A DNA stretch of 57,139 nucleotides from Atractiella rhizophila. Its lineage: Eukaryota. Positions within the stretch are counted from its first letter, which is position 1. Each line of letters begins with the position of its first letter. Made by a program: the position numbers and the translations under genes. Of the stretch, positions 1 through 13,319 are shown piece after piece. Below the pieces are notes generated by a model. That model was not told the origin of the DNA. It did no database searches and saw only the letters and a list, made by a program, of their open reading frames with translations. The stretch covers positions 1-57,139 of the forward strand of contig MU271455.1 in the NCBI GenBank assembly GCA_021432655.1, written 5' to 3'.

Positions 1-1113
1 GGTCAATCCCTTGGTTCTCCTCAGAGCAGTCGACCCACATCCCCCATGTCTCAGCCACCGCAGCAAAAGCAGCGTCCGCTCTCCCCTTCAGATGGTGGCT
101 CCCCTTCCGGACCACGTCGCAGTGACAGTCGCCCATTGTCTCCTGATTCTGTGGGCTCGCACGGGTCCGGAAACCTGGTCACCGCGAATGTAGGACCTGA
201 TATGACGCCGGAGCAGATGGAGCGGCAACAATTGGCGCTGATGGAAGAGAAGAAAAAGCAGCAATTGGCAGAGGAGTTGGCGAGGAAGGAAGAGGCGCGC
301 AAGGCAGCCATGAAAGCGAAGGAGGAGGCAGAGCAGAGGGAACGGATGCGGCTGGATGCTGAAGAGAGAGCGAGGGTCGATATGATGGAGCAAGCCAAGA
401 GAGAGGTACTTTATTTCTTTTACGTAGACAGTAGACTTGATGCGTGATGGCCTCAGGCTGCGGAGCGATTGAGACGGGAAGAGTTGAGGAGGGCTGAGGA
501 AGAAGCGCGACGTATACAGGAAGAGAAGGACCGTGAAGAGGCTGCTCGTCGTAAAGCTCTTGAAGCGGAAGAGCGGGAGAGAATCAAGAAGCAGGAAGAA
601 GAGAGGAAGAAAATCAAAGCTGAAGAATTACGCAAGCGGGAAGAAACAAGAAAGGCTGAACGCGAACACTTGAAGGAACGCTTCAAGAATTTGAAAGACG
701 GGGAAGTCATGCTCACTGGCCATGTAACTGCTCAAGGCGGCAACTCAATAGTAAGTCTGCGTTCCATTTCTTCAGCTGCGAACTGAAACTGGGTTCAGAT
801 GTGGCGACGTCGATATTTCCAACTCAAAGGCGACAGCCTTGCTCTCTTCAAGAACGAGCAGGTATGTTTATTTATTTCAGTATTGCAGGGGCAGTGCTCA
901 TCCTCCTACGTCAAGGATCTAAGTAAAACTGTTGACAAAATCGACTTGTCCAACAAAATCAAATCCATAAGCGATGATGCCGAGGTCATGATCCCTCATT
1001 CTTTCAAACTCAACTTTAAGGACTTTGATGAAGAACCGTACCTCTTCTACTGTGACGAAGCAGAAGACAAAGATCTCCTGATTGTTGGCATCCAGCTTGC
1101 CGCTCGACTTTAA
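1..1113 (+). CDS. 3' part of a multi-exon gene: charged coiled-coil followed by a C-terminal PH domain (5' end outside window)
   Basis: E/R/K-rich helical ORFs are joined by GT-AG introns (~406-455, 751-799, 862-915). The end reads like a PH domain: 'MLTGHVTAQGG..WRRRYFQLKGDSLALFK..PHSFKL..YLFYCD'. Stop TAA at 1111-1113. Confidence 0.7.
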
Positions 1114-1397
1114 CAGTCCATATCCGATATCATTTTCGTCTTTGACTCGGTCGTTTGCAGTGCAGTTTCGTTGTGTTTAAGTTGTACTCCTCGTGTCTTC
1201 CTCATACCCTACCATTGAGTATTTGCTGAACCAAGCATGAGTCGTTTCTAACTCTATTTCCCAAATCCCTTGCTTGACAATGTACTCTGACAATTTCGCT
1301 TCCTCGACGGAGACATGTGTTCAGCTTGGGGATATTCCTTCTTGCACAAACAGTTGATCTTAAAGCGACCTTCTAGTCGACCTTTCAGAACTCGTAT

Positions 1398-3343
1398 CTA
1401 TGATAACTTGTCTTTCGACGAATAATACAACTCGGCGAGAATTTTAGAAAAGTTCAAAACCCTGTGATCGTGTCCCCATTGTCCAACAAGCTGGAATCCG
1501 ATGGGTTGACCATCGGCTGCAGACTGCCCAAAAGGTAGGGAGATGGCTGGAAGACCAGCTAATGATGCGGGTACGGTAAGCATATCCTGAATGTATTGTG
1601 AAGTCGATTGTTTTGGATCCCGGCAGTCAGACAGTAGGGGGGCAGAGCTGATGGCGGAAAGATGAAGCAGGAAATCGACCTTTGGCGCAGCTGAAGAGGC
1701 AGTTGTGTCTGATGATTCGGATGACGAGAGGAGGAAATGTGGCGAAGCGAAAAGTGAGTTGTAGTCAGCAACGATGCGCTTTCGAATTGCTTGCGCCTGC
1801 AAAAAGTAATTTTCGAACGCGCTAGTAGAATCCGATAAGCCAAAGCCTCCGAAACTCCCTCGATTGAAGGACTCACTCTGCGGATAATGCATGCGTGCCC
1901 AACAAGATTCTTTTGCGCACTTCGTCACCAAAGCCTCCTCGTCTCGTCGCTCCGTAGAGAACAGCACGCCGACTAAGCTGACCATTGGCTAATTCTTCTT
2001 CAGGGAGATTCGCGCATTGGGAACCTGTTCTTTCCAGCTTAGAGCAGAGATGACATGCAAAGGACCCATACCATATTCGATGCCGTCGTATTTAGCGAGA
2101 TTACTACTCGCCTCCGCGGACGCAATAACGTAGTAAGAACTCAGCGCATACCTCGCAGACTGATGGGAGACAGAAACAATTTCGCAGCCTGCTTGCTCAA
2201 GGAGGTGGAGGAAAGATGAAAATGATACTAGGGCATCAGGAGAGATCTCGGCTGCGAAAAATTCCTGTGCTATATTTTCAGCTTTTATCAAAATAAGACG
2301 GGGGAAACTCACCCTCGGCACCCCTATCCGTAAACCTGCCAAAGATACTGGGTCTTCTCGAAGCTGACGGACGAGGCGACGAGTCGATTCTGGTACGCTG
2401 GTTGAATCCTTTTCGTCCCAAACCTCCAGACTCTCTGTAGCTCATCAGAAACATATTCTTGGTGAGGAATAGTACTAACCAAATGTTTGGAGAACTTTAT
2501 CGACATCTGCAGCCATGATACCTACGCAATCCAAGCTACTTGCATATGCAATCATCCCCCATCGACTGAGAAGGCCATATGTCGGCTTGAATCCAAATAT
2601 ATTGCAGTAAGAGGCCGGCAAACGCGTGGAGCCACCAGTATCAGAAGTTATGGCGCTGTTATTTGAGTTGCATAAGCGAAAGGGACACAATTGAGGGCGG
2701 AGTACTCACACATCTACCATACGTGCAGCAACAGCAGCTGCTGCCCCACCTGAACTCCCACCTGCCACTCTCACTTCGTTAGAAACAGGATTTTTGGCAG
2801 ATCCAAAAATGCTATGCATGTTGTATGATCTGCGAAATTGTGAGCATGCCCGAAAGTGGATAAAGCGTGCCTAACCCCATGCCGAATTCATCCATGTTCG
2901 TCTTTCCCAGAATACTTGCACCTTCTTGCATTAACAAGGAGAGCACAGTAGAATCATAAGGTGACACATAGTCTATTCTTTCAATGAGATCTATCGTAAA
3001 AGGGCAACATAATGCCGCACCTCGTAGCATCTCACTCGAACAGGTTGTTGGCATTTTTGTTGTGCAGAAGAGGTCTTTCAGCCCCACTGTCGTGTTTTTC
3101 ATCTTCCCATTTGCATTGCTGCTTTTGAAGTCTAACACCCCGCTCAGCCACAGTCAAGCTTCGGTCAGGCAGCTTACATGGGTTGGCTTCGAATGGGGGA
3201 AGGTATGAAAATGCATTCCACCGCTCATTCAGGGTCGTCAGCTCTTCGTAAGATTTTGTGCTTGAATGGCGAACTGTGGTCCATATGCGGTGCTTGCAAA
3301 GGCGTGGGAATGAAGGAAAGGAACAGCTGCCGGAAGACAACAT
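1398..3343 (-). CDS. HER2: Mitochondrial glutamyl-tRNA(Gln) amidotransferase subunit A (amidase signature family)
   Basis: Motifs '[16 protein letters not shown]', '[11 protein letters not shown]', GGSSGG (~2745-2762), '[14 protein letters not shown]', '[12 protein letters not shown]' and '[18 protein letters not shown]' occur across spliced exons. The N-terminus resembles a targeting presequence. Confidence 0.88.
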
Positions 3344-4349
3344 TAGACAGGGTTATCAATGTGAAAGAATGACGCACGTGCTATAACGGAACCTCATTTG
3401 TTAGTCTTTGGCAGGGCAGGACGTGGCATTGGCCATATCCAAAGAACGAGCAATGAAATTATTGAGATGCTGGAGGCAGTGTGGACTGACATCTTGTATT
3501 CATTTTAGGGCCTACTGGTGAGGAATAGGCTCCATCAACCTTTGACAGCTGTGGACTTGCGGTGGTGACTTCAGTTATGAACTTGGAACGATGCATGTTG
3601 GCCTGAGCTGACGTGGACGAAATCATAGACACTTCAGATGGGAGCCCATCTACTCTGGCAAGGCTCACCGCTCATGCTGCGGCCGTATCGATCGTATCCC
3701 GTGAAAGGTCTTCGTCCCTCGATTGACGGACTTAAAGTTATATCGACAAGACTGATACTCTCATTCTTCCCTTAAGCAACAGCTTGTTCATCTGCCTCAG
3801 GCGTTAGGTATGTCGTATAAAACCATGTCGTTACAGTAGTTTAGAAAGGAGTTCTGCAGTGTTGTGACTTGAATTGAAATGGTCCGCATTGGTCAAAAAG
3901 GCCCAAGACAGCCATTCTCAAACTGCAGACGAACCAGTGTAGACATTGTAGATCTGAAGTGATGACTTGCCCAACTGGTGTTTGTTCCCTTTCCAGTAAA
4001 CTTTGACGCTTTGTCAGAGTTCCTTTATCAGAGTGGCTGCAATTGACAGGATATCCCGTTCTCAATTATCGAATTTCCGCCAAAAAAAACATAACATGTT
4101 GTACACATGGCTCGCTCCCTGTGTACATTACGTGTGATGGCTAGTTTCAATTTTACATTTAGGGCAAGCTTGTTTCTACGTGATCCCAGTTTGAACGCGG
4201 ATAGCTTGATCTAAACGAACTTCGCGGCAACCTTTCATCGAGGTTTCAATCATCTTGCAATTAAGGAGCATTCTTTCAAGATTATGTCGACTGAAACATA
4301 TGCAAGCTATTTCTGTCACATCTGTTGGAAGAGAACTCACGAGTGGCCA

Positions 4350-6095
4350 TCATCCTTGATTGACGTGCGAGGATGGGCCAGATGTAAAATCAAGATGCAC
4401 ATACGCTCTTGACACACCTTCTAAATGCTCCAAGGCGAATTGAAGGCCTTCTCCAACATTGTGCGCCACGGGAAGAGGTGTATTCGTTGGAAGGATGATA
4501 TCTACTTCACAAATGAGTTCGTCACCATTTCTAAATACTTCAACGTGGTGAATTCCTTGAATGAGCGGTGAGAATCGGGTGACGAGGTATAAAACTCGCT
4601 GATGGTCTTGAGCTGTTCCGCGTTTGCCGGTTAAATTGTGTACATTTTCAATCAAGGTCTTGAACCATTCATAGATGACTAGATGAAGGTCAAATTTATG
4701 CTGACCTTTGGAGCAAGCAGGGAGATTCCGTACTATAGAGAGAAAGAATCAATCCACCTGCAGGATCGAGCCACGGAAGGTCGAACTTTTGACCTATGAA
4801 TGGGAAAAGAAGGGACATCGAGTTGAAGACCACGTCGTTTTCTGCATCTTGGGCGAGAGCTGACAATAGTTCAATGTTGTCAGTGTCAGCCAAAGAGGAG
4901 ACGAAGGTGTACCCTTGATAGAAACATTTTTCAAACTTCTACAGCTTATCCAAACAAAAAATTTGGTACCAATGGTGATCAACATCACAATCAGACCAGA
5001 GGTTGGGACAACGGCAGTTTCCGTCTCTTTCGAAATAAGCCTTTCGACGGATTCGATAAACACTTGGGCGAACGAAGTGATCATTGCCGCCCTAATTGTT
5101 ATTAACACTCGGGTATCTTTACACTCTTCCAAAACTTACGAGAAGATTGCGACTCCCATAGGTTCGAAGCGTTTTCGACCTGTTGGATATTCATAACGCA
5201 TATACCAAGTCTGTTCGTTGCTTTTGCGATTGGCGAACCAGATGATGAGGGTGCTAAGGAGATCCATGCCGCTATCGATTAAACTGGCAACTAACGAAAT
5301 AGAAGTGGAGACTAGAACCGCTACCACTTTTCCTGCCAAAAGACCGAAGTTCAGGAGGAAGTTTAGGTTGATCACGAGCGTGATGAGAGAGGGTGAAGTC
5401 CCTGCTGTGGTTTTGGGACGATTACTCAGACCTTGGAGCAAAGGCTCAGTCTCCAGTGGTACCGAACCGCCTTGTTGTCCCTGCCCGAGAGCAGCGCGAA
5501 GAATATCATCCACTACCAGACCGTTACGCAAGGCAAGTGATTGTAGGTGAGAACTCTACCCTCTGAGAATTGGTCCTATGAATGTATTAGACGAACTCTA
5601 CCATGGAAATATGAGGCACACAATAGTTGCATTCTGGTGCTCATAGAATTCCCTAATCTTCTTCTTTTTGATGGCTTTCAGCTCTTCCTTATCCTTGCGA
5701 TACGGCTCGTACTCCCCCGCATTTTGGATGGCAACCTTCGACAATTGGCCAAAGGAGTCTCCGCGTCGACTGAGAATTGGTCCTATGAATGTATTAGACG
5801 AACTCTACCATGGAAATATGAGGCACACAATAGTTGCATTCTGGTGCTCATAGAATTCCCTAATCTTCTTCTTTTTGATGGCTTTCAGCTCTTCCTTATC
5901 CTTGCGATACGGCTCGTACTCCCCCGCATTTTGGATGGCAACCTTCGACAATTGGCCAAAGGAGTCTCCGCGTCGCAGGGTGTTTAATTTCGGTCCATCC
6001 TTCTGGGATTCAAACGCGGCATAACCAGGGAAGGAGGAATAGTTCAACGTGGTACGCCGTCGGGGTGACGTTGCGATAACTTCTGGAGACGACAT
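4350..6095 (-). CDS. Cation diffusion facilitator (CDF) metal transporter, Mn-CDF/MTP8-like
   Basis: Motifs 'SISLVASLIDSGMDLLS', 'YPTGRKRFEPMG', 'ALAQDAENDV', 'WLDPAGG' and the C-terminal 'EVDIILP..AHNVGEGLQFALEHLEGVSRAYVHLD'. An internal 207-bp duplication interrupts the gene. Confidence 0.85.
5563..5975. repeat. Direct tandem duplication with 207-bp period (5563-5768 and 5770-5975) inside the CDF gene
   Basis: 'ctgagaattggtcctatg...ggagtctccgcgtcg' occurs twice back to back with no differences that I could see. Confidence 0.93.
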
Positions 6096-9000
6096 GCTGT
6101 GATTTGAATGAGACCAAGCAGTTGTGAGTCGGCTGTAGGTTGTTGTGGTAGGTGTTATATTAGGAATGGCTCGGGTTCAAAATTGTCAACAATGTAAGGC
6201 CTTGATAAGGAAGTAGAATTCGAATCCAAAACCAGCAGTGCTGGACTGTGACGTCTATTTAAGTCTATTTAAAGAAACTTTAGTGTTCTTATTAGTCCCG
6301 ATTTTGATTTGGGATAGGAAGACAGGATCTTCTCGCTTTACGAAGATTTAAGCGAAAAAATATCGACATTAAAATACATTGCACAAGATACAAAAAGAGA
6401 GACTCAAAAAATGCAGATGGGATACACAAGAAATTCGAAAAAGGCAACATCCCATCAGGCTTAGTCGCTGTCTTCCTTTGACGCCTTTGCGCCACGAGTT
6501 CTGCGACCTGGTCCAGCAGTAAGTTCAGTTGGGTGGCGCGGAGCGTGATAGAGGAGGACACACTTCGCCTGGTCGCGGCTTTCTGGGTTTTCGCGGCAGC
6601 CCTTCTCTCCAATCCCTTATCGTCCAATCCCTTCTTTCTGGCTTCCTCGATAGCGTTTTCGAATTCCGCGATATCTCCCTCACCTTTGCTGAGGACCTTA
6701 TTGAGTCGGATCTGTTGACAAACTCAGTCTTACGTCAGATGAAATACAACGGCTAACCTTTCCAAGAATCTCTTGGAATCGCTTGAAAACCACCTCTTCA
6801 TGGAGTTTTTCCTGATAAAATGGTAGGCCGTCCACGAGTTTCTTGATCGATGCTTCCGCCTTGAAGGGGAGTAATGAGAGGCAGTAAGCAATATCTCGCC
6901 ATTGACGCTCCTCTTGCGCATGTCGAAAACGTTGGCAGAGTTTCTCCACAATAGCGGCCGCTTGCTTTTCCTAGAAAGTAGGGTGGTTGTCAGAAACCGA
7001 AGGGACAGGAAGAAAAGGCGAAACCTTTTCGATGTACTGAAAAATAAAACGCATGGTCTCCTTGAATGTTTCCTCGTCGACGGAGTGTGCACCGACAGAA
7101 AGGTGAGAAATGATCTATCATCATCACATTTAGCTCTTACACAGCTGCCTGAGCTACTCACGTCAGGGAGGTTATTATAGATCGCGTTATCCTTAGTGGA
7201 GAGCTCGGAAAAGAAGAGTTTGGCAAGGTCGCTGATCCTCGGTTCTTGATCTTCCAAACACTTAGCCATCTCGCCCAGCTGCCCTTTGACTTTAATCATT
7301 CCATTAAGAATGAGATGTGTCAGGACCATCAGCGTATTCTTCTTCACTGTCATATCCTTGTCCGTCAAACTGCCGTATAGGTGATCGCTGTTCTCATCCA
7401 TGATTGTGCTGAACGACACCGCAACATCTCCAAGAGCTATGACGATGTTGCTTCGGATCGTTGGGTCCGTGGATGTCTCGAGGATTTTGAACAACATCAT
7501 AAGATGCTCTTCGCAGTACTTCGCGCTGACACACATGAACTTGCTGAGGGAGAGAACAGCTGTCTTGCGCAATATCTCGCTCTATTCTATCTGTCAGTAT
7601 TTCGGTTAATATATCATGAAGCTTGCGTACCTTGTATGATTTCTGCTGCGAACAAATCTGTGAACACATACCTCCGAAGACAGTCAATAGGGCATCCGGT
7701 CCATAGAGGAGTTCGGATTCTTTCGTATGAGCAATGACGTCCGCAATATCGTCCTCTACTGTTCCCACGACTTGGTCTAGCTCATCGTTTTCCTTGGACT
7801 TTTTGTTCGATTTTGGATGGCAACCTTCGACAATTGGCCAAAGGAGTCTCCGCGTCGCAGGGTGTTTAATTTCGGTCCATCCTTCTGGGATTCAAACGCG
7901 GCATAACCAGGGAAGGAGGAATAGTTCAACGTGGTACGCCGTCGAGGTGACGTTGCGATAACTTCTGGAGACGACATGCTGTGATTTGAATGAGACCAAG
8001 CAGCTGTGAGTCGGCTGTAGGGTGTTGTATTAGGAATGGCTCGGGTTCAAAATTGTCAACAATGTAAGGCCTTGATAAGGAAGTGAAGTAGAATTCGAAT
8101 CCAAAACAAGAAACAGCAGTGCTCTATTTAAAGAAACTTTAGTGTTCGTATTAGTCCGGATTTTGATTTTGTGAGAGGAAGACATGATCTTCTCGCTTTA
8201 CGAAGATTTAAGCGAAAACATATCGCCATTAAAATACATTGCACAAGATACAAAAGAGAGATTCAAAAAATGCAGATGGGATACACAAGAAATTCGAAAA
8301 AGGCAACATCACATCAGACTTAGTCACTGTCTTCCTTTGACGCCTTTGCGCCACGAGTTCTGCGACCTGGTCCAGCAGTAAGTCTAGTTGGGTGGCGCGG
8401 AGCGTGATAGAGGAGGACGCACTTCGCCTGGTCGCGGCTTTCTGGGTTTTCGCGGCAGCCCTTTTCTCCAATCCCTTATCGTCCAATCCCTTCTTTCTGG
8501 CTTCCTCGATAGCGTTTTCGAATTCCGCGATATCTCCCTCACCTTTGCTGAGGACCTTATTGAGTCGGATCTGTTGACAAACTCAGTCTTACGTCAGATG
8601 AAATACAACGGCTAACCTTTCCAAGAATCTCTTGGAATCGCTTGAAAACCACCTCTTCATGGAGTTTTTCCTGATAAAATGGTAGGCCTTCCACGAGTTT
8701 CTTGATCGATGCTTCCGCCTTGAAGGGGAGTAATGAGAGGCAGTAAGCAATATCTCGCCATTGACGCTCCTCTTGCGCATGTCGAAAACGTTGGCAGAGT
8801 TTCTCCACAATAGCGGCCGCTTGCTTTTCCTAGAAAGTAGGGTAGTTGTCAGAAACCGAATGGACGGGAAGAAAAGGCGAAACCTTTTCGATGTACTGAA
8901 AAATAAAACGCATGGTCTCCTTGAATGTTTCCTCGTCGACGGAGTGTGCACCGACAGAAAGGTGAGAAATGATCTATCATCATCACATTTAGCTCTTACA

Positions 9001-9668
9001 CAGCTGCCTGAGCTACTCACGTCAGGGAGGTTATTATAGATCGCGTTATCCTTAGTGGAGAGCTCGGAAAAGAAGAGTTTGGCAAGGTCGCTGATCCTCG
9101 GTTCTTGATCTTCCAAACACTTAGCCATCTCGCCCAGCTGCCCTTTGACTTTAATCATTCCATTAAGAATGAGATGTGTCAGGACCATCAGCGTATTCTT
9201 CTTCACTGTCATATCCTTGTCCGTCAAACTGCCGTATAGGTGATCGCTGTTCTCATCCATGATTGTGCTGAACGACACCGCAACATCTCCAAGAGCTATG
9301 ACGATGTTGCTTCGGATCGTTGGGTCCGTGGATGTCTCGAGGATTTTGAACAACATCATAAGATGCTCTTCGCAGTACTTCGCGCTGACACACATGAACT
9401 TGCTGAGGGAGAGAACAGCTGTCTTGCGCAATATCTCGCTCTATTCTATCTGTCAGTATTTCGGTTAATATATCATGAAGCTTGCGTACCTTGTATGATT
9501 TCTGCTGCGAACAAATCTGTGAACACATACCTCCGAAGACAGTCAATAGGGCATCCGGTCCATAGAGGAGTTCGGATTCTTTCGTATGAGCAATGACGTC
9601 CGCAATATCGTCCTCTACTGTTCCCACGACTTGGTCTAGCTCATCGTTTTCCTTGGACTTTTTGTTCG
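5928..9668. repeat. ~1.9-kb tandem duplication (5928-7809 and 7810-9668) covering the CDF 5' end, the intergenic region and the condensin 3' end
   Basis: The junction at 7809/7810 fuses condensin sequence 'ggactttttgttcg' to CDF sequence 'attttggatggcaacc'. The copies differ by SNPs (LVDG/LVEG, ERR/EKR) and intergenic indels. Confidence 0.93.
6461..7809 (-). pseudogene. Partial duplicate (3' exons only) of the condensin Cnd1/Ycs4 gene; likely an alternate haplotype
   Basis: Near-identical to 8320-9668 and lacks all upstream exons. Confidence 0.75.
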
Positions 9669-12600
9669 CCGTGGCCTTATCCTCCTTCTCTTGCTCAGTC
9701 TTGCGTCTCTTGAATTCGCGTTCGACAATCTCCAGGTGAACTATCTGCTTGATGGCGCAGTGCCCAGCGACGAAGATGAGTTGTCCGAGTTGAAACCCTT
9801 CGACGAGTTGATGCTTGGAGGCTGAAGGTGGTCGAATTGTGTCGTCGTGCTCCTCATCGTCTTCATCACCTGTCACAGCGGATTTCGCAGGACTGGCTGG
9901 AGTTGCTGGGGTAGCAGAATGTTCTTTCTGAGGAGACGAATCGGTCTCAGTGACCGGAGCGTTAAAGACTCGCTCCGTTAGATCATGGATAATCGTGGAG
10001 CAAAGATGATCGGGTTGTTCGCCAAGAGAGTAGATCGTGTTGAGAGCTTGCTCGCACATGGCGAACCACTCTTGGTCGTGAGTTTCGCACTCGATCAAGT
10101 CCCTCAAACGCTCGAAGACGGGGTTGTCCATTGGCAGGCGAAGGCTTTGATCCACTTGTGTCCCTAGAACGATCATCAGCAATGTAGAAACTGATTGATC
10201 AACAGGTACCTTTGACTTTCTTGAAAGTGCCACCAACTCGCTTCAAAGCAATGCAGGTGTACTTCGCGAGAACCAGGTCGTTCTATGCAGGCTGTTCAGG
10301 GATCATGTTGTCTGTAACAAACTATCTTACCCTTCCGTAAGTCCCTAAACCGATTTTAAGTAGCTCTTCCATTTTCTCTTGCACGACCGCAGGCTTCGCA
10401 ACTGCACACATGCCTAGCACAATGATGGCACCTCTTCTCTGCGCCTTAGGAATGGGGCGTGTAGTACCTACATGGCGTCAATACGATCCTGATTGGTGCC
10501 ATAAAATGGTAGACGAACTGTAAACCTGCCATAGCTTTGTCACAACGTCTGGATGAATATTGCCTTCGCTCATCATCGTGCTCAAAAGTTGTTCCAGTGA
10601 GGTCAAATCGGCCAACGTTGCGTTGAAAGTCAACCTAGTCCAACACCACTCAACATTGCGGATCAAGTTTAAGAGCAAACTGACTCTATCATATTTTTTG
10701 CGATCCGGTTGACTTGCTCATGGGGATTAAGATCGGGCACAACGTCGAAGAAGAGCACTTTGTAGCATTCGATGAGTTTCGACCTCACGCCTTTCAGCGT
10801 TTTCCCGTCATCGTCAGTCGTCGTCGAGTCCTTGTCCCAGATCAAGTGCAACATCCTCTTGATACCATCCTGAGAAGGACATCAATTGAGGAACGGATCA
10901 ACATGGATTACCTACTCCTGAAGAGTCGATCTTGTAATCTGCGGCGACCTTGAAGAACTCGATACTTTCGAGTACTTCGCTCTTCGTTTTGGAAGCTAGT
11001 AAGTCTTCAATAATAGGAGCCGCATTCTCTAAGTGTTGGATGAAAGATAAGGCGTCGGAATAGTACCTCTTCTTGAGACGGAGTGCTATCAGGCGGCCCT
11101 CGTCCGCACCAGATAAAACCTGCGCTTGGGATTCTGCTGCAATGTCCATCATAGACTTTCGGCGTTTCTTAGGGTCCGGGCGCTTCGGCTTTTTGCTTGG
11201 GAGAGAATCTGGTCCTTCGTCTTCAGTAGTGCTTCCTTCGGAAGCGTCATCATCGCTTTGGTGCGCTGGATGATCCATTTTTTCTCCCTCTTCCTCCTTC
11301 ACTTTGTCTGGCTCCAGCGCTTGTTCTTCCTCATCATCGCTCTGCTCCTGTTGAGAGGGCAATTGAAAGGGCTTCAATTCGGCATCAACCTCGTCATATC
11401 TCTTCGTCCACTCCTCCATCGACAGTTCACCACCATGGATTCTACCGTACGGGTGTGTAAGAATAAGTTTAGTGAGAAGAGCGATTGATCCTTTGCGAAC
11501 GAGCGCAGATTTGTCTTCGAGAGCACGAACAGCGAGGGATGTCATTTCGATTCGTTGCTTTGGGAACTTGCTTTGAAGGCTTTATCATATGCGGGTTAGA
11601 GAACATTTGGGCGTGAGCAAGGATTCTGACGCACTCTAAAAGCTTGTTGCAGATCTGAACAACCTTCGTTCGTACATAGCCGTTGAGGTCGAGGAACCGC
11701 TCAAAAATGAGGATGAAAAAACTGTCGATCTGCTTCGTTGACTGCGTGGCGTCATTCTCATCTTCTGGATTTTGAGGTCCTTGTTCATCATCCATCGCTG
11801 AAAGCGACTTGATGAGCAGTCCGAGCACATCGAGGATAGCGTTTCGAACTTGATAGAACTAGGAATGATAAATGTTTGTGAAAGTGCTGAATTGAAGGAG
11901 ACATTTACCTCGCTATCAAGATGTTTCTGAAGAATCGCAACTTGTTTGAGTACCATTTTGGGATTGAGTTCCCCGAGTTTGATGAGAAATTTAGCGAAAC
12001 TTTTTGGTCCTTGTTGATCTTGAGGGCTGAAGACCTTGTTCCCAAGTTCACTGTACTAAGGTTCAGTGTTATACAATGCAACTAAGGAGAGGACGCAAAC
12101 CGTAAGATATCCTCGCCGACCTGTGGTTTGTCGTACTCTTTCGCAAGGAGGGTAATCAGTTCAGCCATAGGCTCCGCGTTGAACTCGAAATAGACAAGAT
12201 TCTGCATGATGGCAGTCTGGACGCCTATTCCTATGTTAGGCTGTAAAATTATCACGGTATAACGTACTCGCTGCTTGACCATGATTTCTAGCTGCCAGAG
12301 ATAGAATCTTAAAGTATCCCAGTTTGATATCAGGCGACTTCATAAGCGTCTCGGATTGGGCAAGCAGGTTTGCGGGTCGAGTGATGCAGCTGTCCGCAAT
12401 CAGTCATACCAGTGGACTATATTAACTGTGGAATAGGGTTTGCAAACCTGAGAAATGAATCTCTGTCAGCGGTAGTGGTCCATATTCTTTCGGTCGGAAG
12501 CTTCTGAAGCGCCCTTGACAAGAGGTTGAAGAGTTCCGGAACTTGATCAGTCCAGTTTGCTGTATTCTCCGTAGATTTCGCTTTCTGCTGTTCCTCAGAA

Positions 12601-13146
12601 ATGCACGATACAATAGATGTACAAACCTTCTTCCCTCTCCCCTTCCCCTTCGCCGCTATCTCTTCTCCAGTGCTTCCACCGGTCTTCACGCCGTACATCG
12701 CAGTCACGAACCAGAGGAGAAGAAAAGCATAACGCTCTAATACTTCTTTCTTTTCGTCGTCAGTAGAAGATCCGACAGCTTGCGCAAACGCAGAAGATAT
12801 GGATTCAAGCAGCGTAGTGGATAGCGCGGCATCCGTGAACGTGGGAAGTTCCCTGCTGCTCCGTCAAGCTACATACTCTGAGGATCTTTCTGTCATCAAC
12901 GTACTTGAGGATGCTTTGTGTAGTGTCAAAAACCTCTGGATCGGTAATGTTGTCTGGGTTGTTTGCAATAGCTTCCACGACCCCTAATCATATACACTTT
13001 GACGCCCATGTTTCTCAGAAACAAGCAAGTCACGTACTGTTTACAGCTCCACCAGGATCTTCTGCGACATCTATCTCATGCTCAATTTTGTAATTCTCCA
13101 GGTCCGTAAGTCCGTTTATACTGTTCCTCAGATTAAAATTGGCCAT
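8320..13146 (-). CDS. YCS4: Condensin I HEAT subunit Cnd1/Ycs4/CAP-D2
   Basis: C-terminal Cnd1 motifs 'LSLSKFMCVSAKYCE', 'IRSNIVIALGD', 'VKKNTLMVLTHLILNGMIKVKGQLGEMAKCLED' and 'DNAIYNNLPD'. Inferred start MANFNL at 13146; spliced end '...SKEDSD*' at 8320. Confidence 0.92.
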
Positions 13147-13319
13147 CCTGTATCTTACAACAGCGTTCGAAAGCAAGAAATGGTTGACGAAGGATGGACG
13201 CGTTTTGGGGACGGTCAGGTGACTCTAATGTGCACGTACATCATTTCTTCCACGTTTCGAAAAACGAGCAAAGACTTTATTCCCTTCGAGTAGTCGCTGA
13301 GTGAGCGCGTTAAGGAACT

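Noticed and set aside
3459..4065. Short ORFs between GatA and the CDF gene
   Set aside because: No recognisable domain or splice pattern.
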